Below are positions 25,919-38,911 of a DNA stretch of 64,000 bases, piece after piece. Position 1 is the stretch's first letter; every line of letters starts with the position of its first letter. The DNA is from Rhynchobatus australiae. Taxonomy: Eukaryota. The position numbers were made by a program, and so were the translations under genes. Where the stretch lies: NCBI GenBank assembly GCA_034780895.1, contig JAUZTB010000057.1, positions 23,062,522 through 23,126,521 of the forward strand, given 5' to 3'. Below the pieces are notes generated by a model. It worked only from the letters and a program-made list of their open reading frames with translations, ran no database searches and was not told the origin of the DNA.

Positions 25919-28769
25919 CTCCAAAATAAGAACGGACAAAGTGTGTGTCACCTTTACTCGGACAGCTCTTTCACGCGTTGGTTATCACTGACTTTCTCTA
26001 CTTTTCGATGTGCTACCTTACACACTTAACAGCAATCGATTACAAGCTGGCGCACAAAAAGAGGACATAAAATACTTTAATTTCGTTACCAGCCGCTGCC
26101 TATTAAGCTCCCTCTTTCCCTTGAGATTGCTTGCCTGCTCTTCCGTCAGCAGAAAGCAAGCTTGTCATGGTCCATTAGTTCTGAGGTTACCCGGCACTTC
26201 AGTGCTGCTTCACTCAGTGACTCAGCTACACAACATATTCTCACCCAGTTACCAGTGGAACACCAGATTGGTTTTGTAAAAGGCCGCGGCGATGGGACGG
26301 AGATGACACATGACGGGACCTCATGAAATGCAGGAACTCACTCTGACTGGAAGCACACACATAAAAACAGCTCACTCTCAGATGTGCCTGTTGAATCTGA
26401 ACAATAGTGGCTGAATGTAGGAAGTGTTTCCTTCCGCATTGCCGGTCAGAGACATTTGGCACGTTTCTCATGCACTTGCAGAGGTTTCCCTGAACCAAAG
26501 TGATAATAGGGGAAAAAAAACCGGGTGTGGTGGGGGAAGATGGCCTGACAACACAGAGCGATGAAACATCGTCTGAGAGTCACTCAGAATGGAAGAGTTG
26601 TGTCAATCCGTTTAAAAAGACTGGAAGAAGTGGGGAACTATAACTTAAACACAAGTTAAGGGAAGTTAGTGGAATTTTTCTCGGGACCTGGACATTGTTG
26701 ACAAGCCACCGCTAATTGGTCTTGAATCGTTTTCCAAGCCATTTCAGAAGCAGTGAAGAGTCCACCCCATCCTCTGGCTCTAGAGTAACATACAAGGCAA
26801 CGGACCTTCCACCCCAAAGGACATTAGTTGAGCTCTTACGCTTGGTTCGGTATATCGTCTCCATTCTTGACACTAGCAATTTTTTTTTTGCAAATTTATT
26901 TAATTAATTACCCTGCCGTCATGGTGGGATTTGAACCCTAGCAAGCAAATCATCAGTCCAGACTTGAATTACTCAGAACGTAAGCACAAGCCGATCAAAG
27001 GCAGTGAAGGGTAGATCATGTCTGGTGGACAGTGAATTTCTTGAGCAGGGCATGATGGATCAGTAATTGTCCATGGGCATTTCCTGGATGGATTTTCATA
27101 AGATTTTACATGAGAGATAATTAAATGTGGTGTCCTTATGTGTTGATAATTGGCCAATAAGACGGAAACCAAGAACCACCTCTGCCTTGTGAAGTGTGAC
27201 AAACTAGTTATCCAAGGATCTGTACTTGGACTTAAATAATTATTGATTTGGATAAAGTAACAAAATGTTAGGAGGAAAGGTTATTGTATGCAAACAAGAG
27301 CAGGGAGACAAAGAGGTAAAGTCAGACAAAAATAAGCATACAAAAGTGTGGAAGATGGTTCAAGGATATACAGTCTATGGCCTGTTCTTGTAGCAACAGT
27401 ATCTTCAGGCTAAAAGTAATTAAATCGCCCCTTAACCAAAAACCCAAGGCTGCTTTAGCACTGTGAATGCATTGCACAACAAGAATCATCACTTTCAGAG
27501 GTAGAGAGTTGGAGGGACTTAAATACACATCCAAAATGCAGATATCCACTCTGATTTGAAATTTGACAATTAATTGTAAGTGCAATTGTTAATTGCACAA
27601 AATTTGGTAGAGCAAGAGCGAAACAGATTGTGGATTTTTTTGCACCTGATTTTAATCACCCGGTACAATTTATGTGGCAAGTGCTCATATATCATGTCCG
27701 GATAATATCTGAGAGCTGTCCCCTGAGATCCATGAGGTAATTGGTTTGACCTTTGATGTGACCTTTTCCTTAGCAACGGTTGAATACATACAAACTTTCT
27801 GCATCTTAATCTCCTAGAACCAGGAAAGACGTTTGGATCACAAGTGGCTTGTAAGAAGAACATTTGATAAATTTTTTAAAAATATGTAAGATCTCCACTG
27901 AGGATAATCATCAGGCGAAGGTACTTCCTGTCANNNNNNNNNNNNNNNNNNNNNNNNNNNNNNNNNNNNNNNNNNNNNNNNNNNNNNNNNNNNNNNNNNN
28001 NNNNNNNNNNNNNNNNNNNNNAATCAGAAGCAAAGCAGAAATAAAAATGGTAATTTAAAGTATCAGAACTTGTGGTATGGCATTAACAAAGTGCCTAATA
28101 TTAGTGAAGCATAATTTTTCAAAGTAGACATTATGAGCTCTATTTTAAGATGCGAATGAAAGTATTCACAGATGAAGGAAAGAAACATAATAAAAAAAAT
28201 AGCCTTTCTATAGCCCCCTTCCTGACCTTAGTTCAGCTCTAAGCACTTGACAGTATAGTTCTGCTGGGGTATAAAAATAAAACTCAACCAGACCAGGGCT
28301 GTTCCTATCTGAGCCCAAGGACTTAGATCTTTTTGACACCCCATCCAACTCAACCCCAGCACATAGCTGAGTTACTGACTTAGGGTGTCAGTGTGAACAC
28401 TGGTCCTGGACCACTGTGCTCACCTGTCTTCCTGGCTCAGAGCTCTGCCCAGCCTCAGTTAGTGCATGTTCCTTCCCAGGTTCACCAATACATGCAGCCT
28501 CTTCCCTGAATACATCACACACATCATCAACCAGCAATGAAATCAAACAGGGGTGATGTTTAACTTCACTTACCAAGAGCTGGATGGACCTGATCTGACC
28601 TGTGCCCAAGGATTTATAAATTTTGTCTAAGCCAACTGGGCATATGCAGTCGGGACCTGTCCAACTCAGCACTGCATCACAGTCAATGAAGTATGTCTGA
28701 CATGTAGTCACTGTTATATTCTATGGCATGATGGATTACAAGGAGTGTATAATCCCAATGATTCTGAGG

Positions 28770-29190
28770 ATTTTACGGAGTGGACATAGAGAGGTTGTTT
28801 CTTCTTGTGGGAGACTTTAGAACTAGGGGTCACTGTTTAAAAGCAAGGGGTCAACTATTCAAGATGGAGATGATGTGAAATTCTTTTTCTCAAAGNNNNN
28901 NNNNNNNNNNNNNNNNNNNNNNNNNNNNNNNNNNNNNNNNNNNNNNNNNNNNNNNNNNNNNNNNNNNNNNNNNNNNNNNNNNNNNNNNNNNNNNNGTCAC
29001 AAATCTTTGGAACTTCTCTTCCTCAAAGAAGCAAAGTCTTTGAATATGTTTAATGTAGAGGTAGATAGATTTGTGATAGGCAAAGGGTAAAGGGTTAGTA
29101 GGGGTGGCTGGGAATGCAGAGCTGAGCCACAGTCTTATTAAATGATGGAGTAGGCTGAGGAGCCCACTCCTGCTCCTAACTCCTCTGGTC
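28770..29190 (+). mobile_element. CR1 LINE 3' fragment
   Basis: gagaggttgtttcttcttgtgggagactttagaactaggggtcactgtttaaaa..aagatggagatg.., similar to 4887-5290. Confidence 0.6.
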
Positions 29191-31230
29191 AACTGTGTGG
29201 GAAGAAGTATTGCTTATGTTGCTTTGTGCTTGACTGGAGATTTAGATTGTTTCAGAAAATAAAACACTGATCCTTCTTTTGTAAGCATTGAATCTAAAGC
29301 ATATGATGCGCCGTATGTTTCTTCCACATGTCTTCTAGAAGTGTTATACAGGGAATGAAACAGGCTAGTGTATAGTATCAGCCCAGTTCAAAAGGCTAAG
29401 AAGCAATAGTGCAAAGCAAGCTACAATACCCAATGAAGAAAACAGAAAATGTTGGCAAAACTCAGCAGGCTAGACTCCATTGATAAGAGTAAACAAAGTT
29501 CATCAACCTAAAATTATTTGAGAGGGATAATCTGACATAATTTAAGAATATGAAAAGTCCACAACTTTGTACAACAATTAATTTGTCATACAACATGAAC
29601 GGCAATTACAGTTGTTGGAGGGAATGAAGGGGAAAGGAATTTGAGAGTTGGATTAATTTAGTTCATCATTATATACGTATTTTAGGAATGGTAAGATTTC
29701 AAATAAGTGGATCAAAATATGGAAGCCTATGAGACAACTGTCTTGCTTTTGCAAAGTAATATATATCCAATGCAACATAATATTTTGACTGGTAGAACAA
29801 TAGCAAATAAGTCATTGGAGAAAATTTGGCTGTGCTAACATGAACTTCTTGTACATTTTAGAGGGTGTATATATTTTTAATAAGGAATATGAGGATCAAA
29901 TATTATAATAGGATTGTAGAAATTGTGGGATTCGAACCATATTAAAGTGAACTGTGCAGGATGATTCACAGAGAAATGCAACTGGCATCAAGAGGAGAGG
30001 CTTGAGATGCTAGGACTATTGTCACTGGAGCAGTGAATGCTCAGAGGCTTTTATTTGGATAAATATAGAAATTGTGATAAGCAGATGTTCTTTTAAAACA
30101 GGGAAGATTCAGGTTATGGGAGAGTTAGGTGGTAGAAGTAGTTTGTAATTAGATTAATAATAGAACAGATACAGTAAGCTTAATAGACCCTTTGTGTGTT
30201 GAAACTTTTATACACCAAGGAGATTTACCAAGTATTTAACATATTATTTTGACAGTGCTAAGAGTATTGGATGACGTAGGTAAAAAAAAATGTCCATCTT
30301 TCATGTCACTGGATTAGTTATCATCTACTTTAATAATTCTGATTGCCCCTTAAATTTCCAGTAGCTTTGAATTTAATACAGCAGGTGTAATTGAGAGAGC
30401 CCACATTGCTGCATATCTAAGTCTGATATTCAATGAATACTATTAATTCTGATGATAGAACATACTCCCTGCAAAATTTTCATTTCATTAATGTTAGGTT
30501 CTAGATCTCAGCTAGTAGCTGCCTGAGCAATGCATTGGCATTGAGAATAAAATTAATCATCCAGATGATAGTATTTTGAGATAACATGGTTCTCCCTGTG
30601 AGGCTTCATTAGTTGTTACAGCATTTCCATGATGCTGACTTGCCATTAGAGTTTCAACATAAGTGCTCAGTTCAAGACATTTGGAAAATCTTGCCTTGGA
30701 CACAAGCAAAGGCCAATAAGCTGCCTCAAACCTTTTGGAAGGCTATTACCCATCAGGGGAAAAGGTTAGAAGTGCAGGGTTTGACATTTATGATAGAGAA
30801 AAGAGTTCAATAAAAAGCCCTTGAGGAATAAAATAATCACTGAGCTCCCGGGCTACAGGGAGATTTAGCTTCACTTTAGTACCAAGGCATTGAAATCATT
30901 CTTTAATTAAACCCATTAACTGAATACATAGCTATAATAAGTGCAAAAAAATCCTTCCTTTTACAATGTTGTTGTCCCCATCTATTGCTCCAATCAGAAT
31001 TAACATTTGGCTTGATCAGAAAAAAATAGGAGGTTGTTACGATGAATTCCGACGGAGCACATGCGACAGCAGGAAAATAAAGACAAATAATGTAACATAA
31101 AAAACACCAAAACTGATCAAATGAGGATGAGCTGCACAAACAGCAAACATCATCTTACCACCAGTAACACCTCAGTGATACTGCTTGACATGAGAAGGTG
31201 GAATTGTAGAGTATCATCAAACTACAAAAT

Positions 31231-31731
31231 TCATAGAGTCATAGAGTCATACAGCATGGAAACAGGCCCTTCGGCCCAACTGGTCCATGCCAACTGTGTT
31301 GCCCAGCAAGCTAATCCCATCTGCCCATGTTTGACTCATAGCCCTTCAAACCTCTCCTATCCATGTACTTATCTAGACGGCTTTTAAACATTGCTAATTT
31401 GCCCGCCTCAACCACTGTTTCTGGCAGCTCATTCCAAATACGCACCACCCTGTGTGTGAAGAAGCTGCCCCTGACGTCCCTTTTAAATCTCTCACCTCTG
31501 ATCTTAAACCTCTGCCCTTTTGTTTTTAGCACCCCCTCCCTGGGAAAAAGTCCCTTTCTATGCCTCTCATGATCTTATATACCTCTTTCAGGTCACCCCT
31601 TAATCTCCTGTGTTCCAGGAAATAAAATCCTAGTCTACACAACCTCTCCTTGTAACTCAGGCCCCAAGTCCAGGCAACATGCTGGTAAATCTTTTCTGCA
31701 CTCTTTCTGGTCTAATAACATCTTTCCTAGT
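31231..31731 (-). mobile_element. CR1 LINE 3' end (relatively young)
   Basis: Encodes KTKGQRFKIRGERFKRDVRGSFFTHRVVRIWNELPETVVEAG..FKSRLDKYM, with an (ctctatga)n octamer tail. Confidence 0.85.
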
Positions 31732-32202
31732 AATTTAATGCGCATGTGAACATCACAATACTGGAAAAAAAATACACACAAAGAATCACTGCATTACTGA
31801 GGGCTGTTTAAAATGGACAAATCTTCCCAGGTTTAACTTGCTCTTACAATGGCTTAGCTGTATTTTCCTTATTATAGATTTTAAGCTTTGCAAACCAGAA
31901 TGCACAAAAAATCCATCAGCATCTTGTGAGCAGAAATTACTCTTTCTGCAATAAGCTCAAGAGTCAGGTGCTGTTAAAGTAGTTTTGCAACTGAACAGTG
32001 AAGAGTTATTTAGCTTTCCATTGCTAAACTGATATTGTTGCATTAACAGTGGTTGTAAGTGGCCCATGGAGATCTTACATGTGAATACTCATCACTATGT
32101 TTTCCGGCTGCCAGGCCTCTGAGAAAAACAGAATAAAGACCCACAGGATACAATAAAGGGTTATGAGCCACAAAATACATTTTTTTTAGGTCTACTCTTC
32201 AA

Positions 32203-32710
32203 TGTGAATGTACAGTTTTGGTCACACTATTATAGGAAAGATGCCATTAAGCTGGAAAGAGTGCAAAGAAGATTTACAAGAATGTTGCCAGGAATCGAGG
32301 GCCTGAGTGACAGGGAGAGATTGGGCAGGCCAGGGCAACATTTCTTAAAATGTAGGAGATTGAGGGGTGACCTTGTAGAGGTGTATAAAATCATGAGGGT
32401 GAACACACACACAGAGAAAGGAAATCAAAAACTTGAGGGCATAGGTTTAAGGTGAGAGGGGAAAGAATTAAAAGGAACCCGAGGGCAACTTTTGTGGTGC
32501 GTATATGGAGCGAGCTGCCAGAGCAAGTAGTTGAGGCAGGTACAACAACAACATTTAAAAGGCATTTGGATAAATACATGGATAGGAATGGTTTAGAAGG
32601 ATATGGGCCAAATGCAGGCAAATGGGATTAGCTTAGTTGGGCACCTTGGTCAGATGGACAAGATGGGCTGAAGGGCCTGTTTCCATGCTGTATTACTCTG
32701 TGACTCTATA
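32203..32710 (+). mobile_element. CR1 LINE 3' end
   Basis: VQFWSHYYRKDAIKLERVQRRFTRMLPGIEGL..RRLRGDLVEVYKIM, with tail tattactctgtgactctat. Confidence 0.85.
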
Positions 32711-33678
32711 AGATATTTGAAAATAGAGACACATGGTGATTAATTATTTTTTTTGCAAAATGTCAGATTACTTGCATGTTTTTTAACTTTATTACTGTAA
32801 AGTAGTATTACAAGTAAGCAATTAAGACACCCCTAATTCAAAACTAATACTCAATTGTATGTGTGCGCGTGTTTTTTTTAAATATTGCAATGCAAAGTAC
32901 TGCTCTCCTGCCAGAATATTCCATTAGCATAGACCCATTTTCCTTTTACTCTTTACAACAGGAGCAAGTGGATGTGTGGCTGAGAGCTGGTGATAAATTC
33001 TAACATAAAGGTAGCATGGAAAACTACCATAAACAACACTGTCAACATTTTTATTTGCACAAAGCAGAAGCATTAACAACAGAGAGTTCAATGCATACAG
33101 GGCCTTGTGCACACAATAGCGTTCCACACTTTCAGCTGAGCCATTAAATGTAAATGCTTTTAACTGCACAGTCAGACTAATAAAGTTGCAGAGATAGGAG
33201 CTGCTTATTAGCTGTCCGATGAGCAATTTAGCATTAGTGATGATACATTCCAATTGGCTGCACTGATATGGTTTCTAGGTAAATTTATTTGCTAACAATT
33301 GTGCTTTTCAAATAACTTGCTGCAATTTCTTTATTGGACTGTGAAGGGACTCAATTCATACTTACTGGGGGGGGGGGGGCAACTTATGAGGGTGCCCACT
33401 TTTGGCAGTAATTCATAGAATTACAAACAAGCAACTAACTGCACAGAAAAGGCCATTCAATCCATCTGGTTATTGCTTGCATTCATGCTTCACATGAGCC
33501 TCTTACCACTTCTCTTTATCTAAGCCTAGCACCATAGCTTTCTGTTCCTTTCTCCTCATGGTTATTTCAGCTAATTGCCTCAACTGCTCTTTGTGGTGGT
33601 GCATTCAGTATTCTCACCATTTTCTGGTTAGAGACATGTCCCTTGAAATCCCTATTTTGTTTATTAAAGCCTATTTTA

Positions 33679-34330
33679 TAGATAGAGTCATAGAATCATA
33701 CAGCATTGAAACAGGCCATTTGGCACAACTCATCCTCACCGACCAGTGGGCACCCTTCTGTAGTAATCTCATCTCCTAGTGGTTGGTCCATTGCCTTCTA
33801 TGCCTGGGTAATTCAGACACTTCTTAAATGCTGTCAGCGACCCAACTTCAAGCACTCTCTCAAGCAGTGCATTCCAGGCACTTACCACTCTCTGGGCGAA
33901 GAAGGTCCCCCTCATATCCCCTCTAAATCTCTTCCCCCTTACTCTAAATCGATGTCCTCCAGTTTTATCTAGCTCTGATATGGGGAGAAGTTTCCTGCAG
34001 TCTACCATATCCATACCCCTCATAATTTTATATACCTCACTCATATCCCCTCTTAACTTACTCCGCTCAAGGGAGAACTGACGTAGCTTCTCCAATCTCT
34101 CCTTATAACTGAACTGCTCCATCCCAGGCAACATCCTGGTGAATCTCCTCTGCGCTCTCTCCAGTGCTATCACATTCTCCTACAGCATGGTGACCAGAAA
34201 TGCACACAGCTGAGGTCTGGCCAAGGTTTTATAAAGTTGGAGCATAACCTCCCTGCTTCTGTATTCAGTGCCCTGACTAATGAAGGCTAGTATCCTATAC
34301 GCATGCCTAGCCATGTTATCTGCCTATCAA
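33679..34330 (-). mobile_element. CR1 LINE 3' end
   Basis: IALERAQRRFTRMLPGMEQFSYKERLEKL..LRGDMSEVYKIMRG..FFAQRVVSAWNAL, with an octamer tail. Confidence 0.85.
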
Positions 34331-35311
34331 GGATCTATGGACTTGTACTCCATGGTTCCTCTGTTCCTACCATTCATGGTGTTATGCCCCAATGCTCCCA
34401 AAGTGCATCCCCTCACATATGCTTTAGTTTTAAACTAAAACTTGTCACCAGTTTTAGTTTTCACTGTAAGCATCTTCTCAGACCTTTCTTGTAATCTTAA
34501 AGCCCCTGAAGGGACCTCAGTTAACCCTTTACCAGAGAATTAAGCAGTGGCCCCTTCAGTGAAGTGTAGACAGAGCCTGCCTGCATCATTCAATGTGAGC
34601 AAGATTATAAATGAAAATTAAACATTTGTGTTTCCTGACGAATGTATTTCCATATCCCATTGAAATATGTAATCATCACATATCCTTTAATACCGTGTAC
34701 ATCCCACATTTGCAGTCTCCATTACAAAGATGAACTAAAGGCTATTAACTGCGTCTCATATTTTTTGTGACAGATGTTTTGCCTTCATAAACTTAATGGA
34801 GCTGTTAATAACTCTCTATCTTCCACGAAATAAATCCAACAGATGATGTATATTGGACCCACTTCTAAAATGTTCGCACCATCCTTTTGTACACATTAGG
34901 AGATAAAATAACAATTTGGCTCCCCAACATCGACTGGAATGGGGAGAGCACGCAATTCCTCGCCTGGAGTATAATTTCATTCCCTGCTGGCTTTTGTCTG
35001 ACAGTTACACGAGTCAAAGCATGAATTAGCTGCCCTTTATTTAGTTTATATTTGCTCGCAGTCACATTGAGCAGATTTCACTCCAAATCATTATGTGCCG
35101 TGTTCAGATCAAAACAGACTGAAATTGTTCAATCTGTTTCATAAACTGGTGGAGGGGAGATCTGTGCCGGTAATCCTTGCATTTCACTTTCCATAGGGTT
35201 AAAAACAAAACCGATGAAATCGGTCAAAGACCAATGAGACGATGAGAAGTTTGAGGGAAATAAATGATCACAGTTAGAGGACGAGAACTGCACAAGCTAC
35301 ACGTCCCTTAC

Positions 35312-35527
35312 CTGAGCGCCGGTCGTTGGAAATGTTGGGATGTGCGGCACATCCACGATCTTCAAGTCGTACATGGTATCATCCAGGATCACGGAGGGTC
35401 TGTGAACGTACCTGCTTGTGGTTGGCGTGTACACTTGGCTGAAATCGTTGTAAAGAAATTGTCGGATTATGGCTGTTTTACCCACTCCGGGAGAACCAAG
35501 CACGACGATTGTAAACGTGCCGACCAT
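35312..35527 (-). CDS. RASL10A: Ras-like protein family member 10A, coding exon 1 (P-loop GSPGVGKT)
   Basis: MVGTFTIVVLGSPGVGKTAIIRQFLYNDFS...YDLKIVDVPHIPTFPTTGAQ, 216 nt, donor CAG|GTAAGG. An in-frame upstream ATG at 35536 would add MCT. RASL10 family by sequence; the A paralog is assigned by synteny with AP1B1/GAS2L1. Confidence 0.88.
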
Positions 35528-35999
35528 TGTGCACATCTCCCTCTCTCTCTCGGGATTCTGGCAATCAGACTGAACTAGGGATGACAGCTCAGACTGTGGG
35601 CTGTGGACTGCAGACGCCGGTGCTCTCTCCACTCTGTGCCTGAGTCTCTCCCAAGATGCTACAAAATGTCTCAGTCCTCTGCTGATTTGCAGAGTGCTCA
35701 AGTCCAGCGAGGAGATGGACCAGGTGAGGAGTCTGTCCAAGTTGGGGCTCCCTTTAACCCCTTAGCTCCGTGTCTCAGAGCCGTTCCCTGCCCCCGAGAG
35801 AGCCGCTTGCTGCTCCATTTCTAAACTCAGTACTGGTCTGCGGAGGATGAGATCGCACCGTGACCTCTCTGCTCTGTTCTTGGGCTCACTGTAACCACAG
35901 CGTCCAAATTCCAGTCGGCTTTATACCGTGTGTGAAATGACTTCAAATAACACAGGGGAACTTTAGCACCAATCTCTTCAGCGGGAAGACAAGCCAAAC

Positions 36000-36272
36000 G
36001 AAGATTTACATTGATATAGTGCGTTCCACAACCTCGGGCGTCCCAAAACTCTTTACAGCCAATGGTACTGTAGAAAAGGGGGGAGCCCATATGCGCACAG
36101 CAAGCTCCCACAAATAGAAAACAAAACATATGATCTGGTTTAGCGACTGAGGGATAAATATTGATCAGGACGACTAAAGTCTATGTCTCTGGCCTTCTTC
36201 AACAGAGTGCCAATAGATTTTTTTTTAAGAAGCTAGACAGGGCTTCAGTTTAACATCTTATCTGAAAGAAAC
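36000..36272 (-). mobile_element. Deu-domain SINE upstream of RASL10A
   Basis: Reverse complement of the DeuSINE consensus: ctttacagccaat, gcgcacagcaagctcccacaaa, gagggataaatattg, gtttaacatcttatctgaaag. Confidence 0.7.
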
Positions 36273-36483
36273 TAACATTTAAGTTATTTTAGTTCTGATA
36301 CAGTGCAATTTTGTCCAGTTAGTAAGAGGCTCTTGTGGTTATTTCCTCCTTACAGATTAAATATTAGTAAAGTGTATTCCCAGNNNNNNNNNNNNNNNNN
36401 NNNNNNNNNNNNNNNNNNNNNNNNNNNNNNNNNNNNNNNNNNNNNNNNNNNNNNNNNNNNNNNNNNNNNNNNNNNNNNNNNNN

Positions 36484-37790
36484 CACCAGGACTCGTTTGT
36501 AATTGGACAAGACACCTCAAATCTTCTACTCACACCTCCTTGCAATAAAGGCCAACATAATATTTACCTTTCTAATTGCTTTGTTGAAGCTGCATATTAA
36601 CTTTTAGCATTTCTTGTACAAGGACACTCAATTCTCTCTGAACACTATTTAAAAAACACACTGCCTTTCTATTTTTTCCACCAAAGTGGATGACCTCACA
36701 TTTTCCCACATTGTATTCAATTGGCTATGGCCTTGCCCTTGCCCCTTCACTTAAACAGTCTATATCACCTGAAGCCTCTCTGCATCCTCCTCACAACCTA
36801 CATTGCCACCTAGCTTTGTATCATCAGCAAACTTGGGTATACATTCGGTCCCCACATCCAAATCATTAATATAGACTGTGAACATCTGAAGTATACCACT
36901 GGTCATAGCCTTTAAAAGTGAAACTGAAACATTCATTCTCTGTTTTCCATCCATTGAGTAATCCTCAATCCACTCCAGTAAATTATCCCAAGTACCATGC
37001 ACTCTAATTTTGTTTAATAATTTTCTTTGTGGCACCTTGTTGAAGGCTTTTGAAAGCCCAAATGTGCCATATCAATTTGTTCCTCCTTATCTGTCAAACA
37101 TCATTTCCTTTCTAGAAATTTATGTTGACTCTGCCCAATTAAAACTTTATTTATACAGCACGGTAACAGGGCCTTCTGGTACAATGAGCCCACGCCACCC
37201 AATTACACCCATGTTAACCCACTAACCCATGCGTCTTTAGAATGTGGGAGGAAACCGGAGCACCCAGAGGAAACCCACGAGGTCACGGGGAGAACGTACA
37301 GACTCCTTACAGACAGTGACAGAAATTGAACCCTGGTCACTGGTGCTGTAATAGTGTTACACTAACCACTACACTACCATGCCATTGAGTAATCTGTAAT
37401 CCACTCCAGTAAATTATCCCCAGTACCGCGTGCTCTAATTTTGCCTAAAATGTTGTTTAATAATAGAAAAATAATTCAGTTATTATTTTATGTGTGTCCT
37501 GTTATCTTTTCCCCAACAATAGATTCCAGCATTTTCCTGACTTCTGCTTTCTTTCTCCATCCTTATTTAAATAGTGGGGTTCCAGTGGCTACCTCCAAAT
37601 TTGTGGGAATCATTTTAGATTCTCTGAAATTTTACAGCCAGTGCATCCACTTATCTATAGCTTGTCTTATTATTAGGTCGTCGTGTCCTGGGGATTTATT
37701 GCTTTTCAGCCCTATTAATCATTACAATACTAAATTTTTTTTAACTAATATTATTGTCTTTGACTCCTCATTTACCATAGACTGTTAGTC
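36484..37790 (-). mobile_element. CR1 RT fragment interrupted by a SINE
   Basis: PQRKLLNKIRVHG..FTVYINDLDVGTECIPKFADDTKLGGNVGCEEDAERLQ (CR1 FADD motif). Confidence 0.75.
37146..37384 (-). mobile_element. V-SINE (HE1-like tRNA-derived SINE)
   Basis: V-domain tgtgggaggaaaccggagcacccagaggaaacccac, tRNA-like head (ggttcaatt B-box-like on -), and an aataaa tail. Confidence 0.75.
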
Positions 37791-38503
37791 CTCCACTATT
37801 TCTCATGAGTCGGGTCCCATGAGGACACAGCATCTCTGAAGACCCAATGAGACTATACTCTTCTTAGATGAATGTGTCTACCTCCTTCCCCAGTGACCCC
37901 CTAACTCACCCTTCTCCCCAGGTGCCCTGCCATCTCTATCCTAAAGCCTCCAAAAATGGGGATGGTTTCACCCCTGAGGCGCTCAGTATCTCAGCAGCTA
38001 AAACTGGATCAAAGGACCCACTGCCAGTTGAGGCACACTGTGGACTTTGGAAGATGTTTAAGCAGGCTGCAGTCTACATTGAGATTCTCAACAAAGTGTC
38101 CCTTTAAATGGTAAGAGCTTATCAAGATGTGCTACTAGTTCAAGTAGGACTTTTAAGTAAAGTGGAGCTCAAAATTCCAAGGTGTTGGTGTGGGCAATAA
38201 TGTGTATTTATGAGAATGGAACATTGTTATGTCCATGCCTAATTCTGGGAAAAGGCCAAACAGGCTAAATATGGGACAGTATAAGGGTGTGCCTACTGCA
38301 CTGCACTGCGCTGCAATATTTGGTCCATCAGGTTGGAACAAACTCTCTGCAAGAGGAATCCAGCTGGTCTCACACCCCTGTCCTCTCTCCACAACCCTAC
38401 AAAGCCTTGCCTTTCAGATACTTATTCAACTCAATTTTGGGTGCTACAATTGAATCTGGCCCCACCATTACCTGGTAATACATTCCAGACTCAAACCACT
38501 TGC

Positions 38504-38911
38504 TGTCATGGTTCTGAGTTCTGGCCCTCAATTTGGCTCCTTTAATGCCTTGTTGTCCAGCACATGGATTCCATGCTGGACTGATTGCATAACAACACTC
38601 ATCTGACCCCTATCAGGGACCTAGCATAAATACCTGTGTTTCTCTAACACTAGTTGCCAGAGTATTGGTCAACCTTCAGGTATACTTTGGTTCCTGACTG
38701 TTTAGAGTGGTCCACTCTAGAACAGTCCTGTGTTCTCTGTTCCTCTTTGGATATCCAGTTCATGTTGGGATTCCTTCTCAGATCCCAGAAGCAAGATTCC
38801 TTCCAGTTGCTGCCTGTGTTTTGTCCTGAGGAAGTATCCTGACTCCAGTGTTGCACCAGTGTGCTGCATTTGGGTTCTCTGTGAGCTTGCTCTTTGCTCA
38901 ACGTTGTGACA
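38504..38911 (+). mobile_element. Probable Ty3/Gypsy-type LTR (about 408 bp) without internal genes
   Basis: Bounded by TGTCA...TGACA, with an internal cataaata TATA-like box and a pyrimidine-rich 3' half ending ctgcatttgggttc..gtgaca. No clean TSD. Confidence 0.5.

Noticed and set aside
35528-35740. N-terminal extension of about 70 aa on RASL10A in the ORF track
   Set aside because: It uses a non-ATG start and has no similarity to the family, whose members begin just before the first beta strand.
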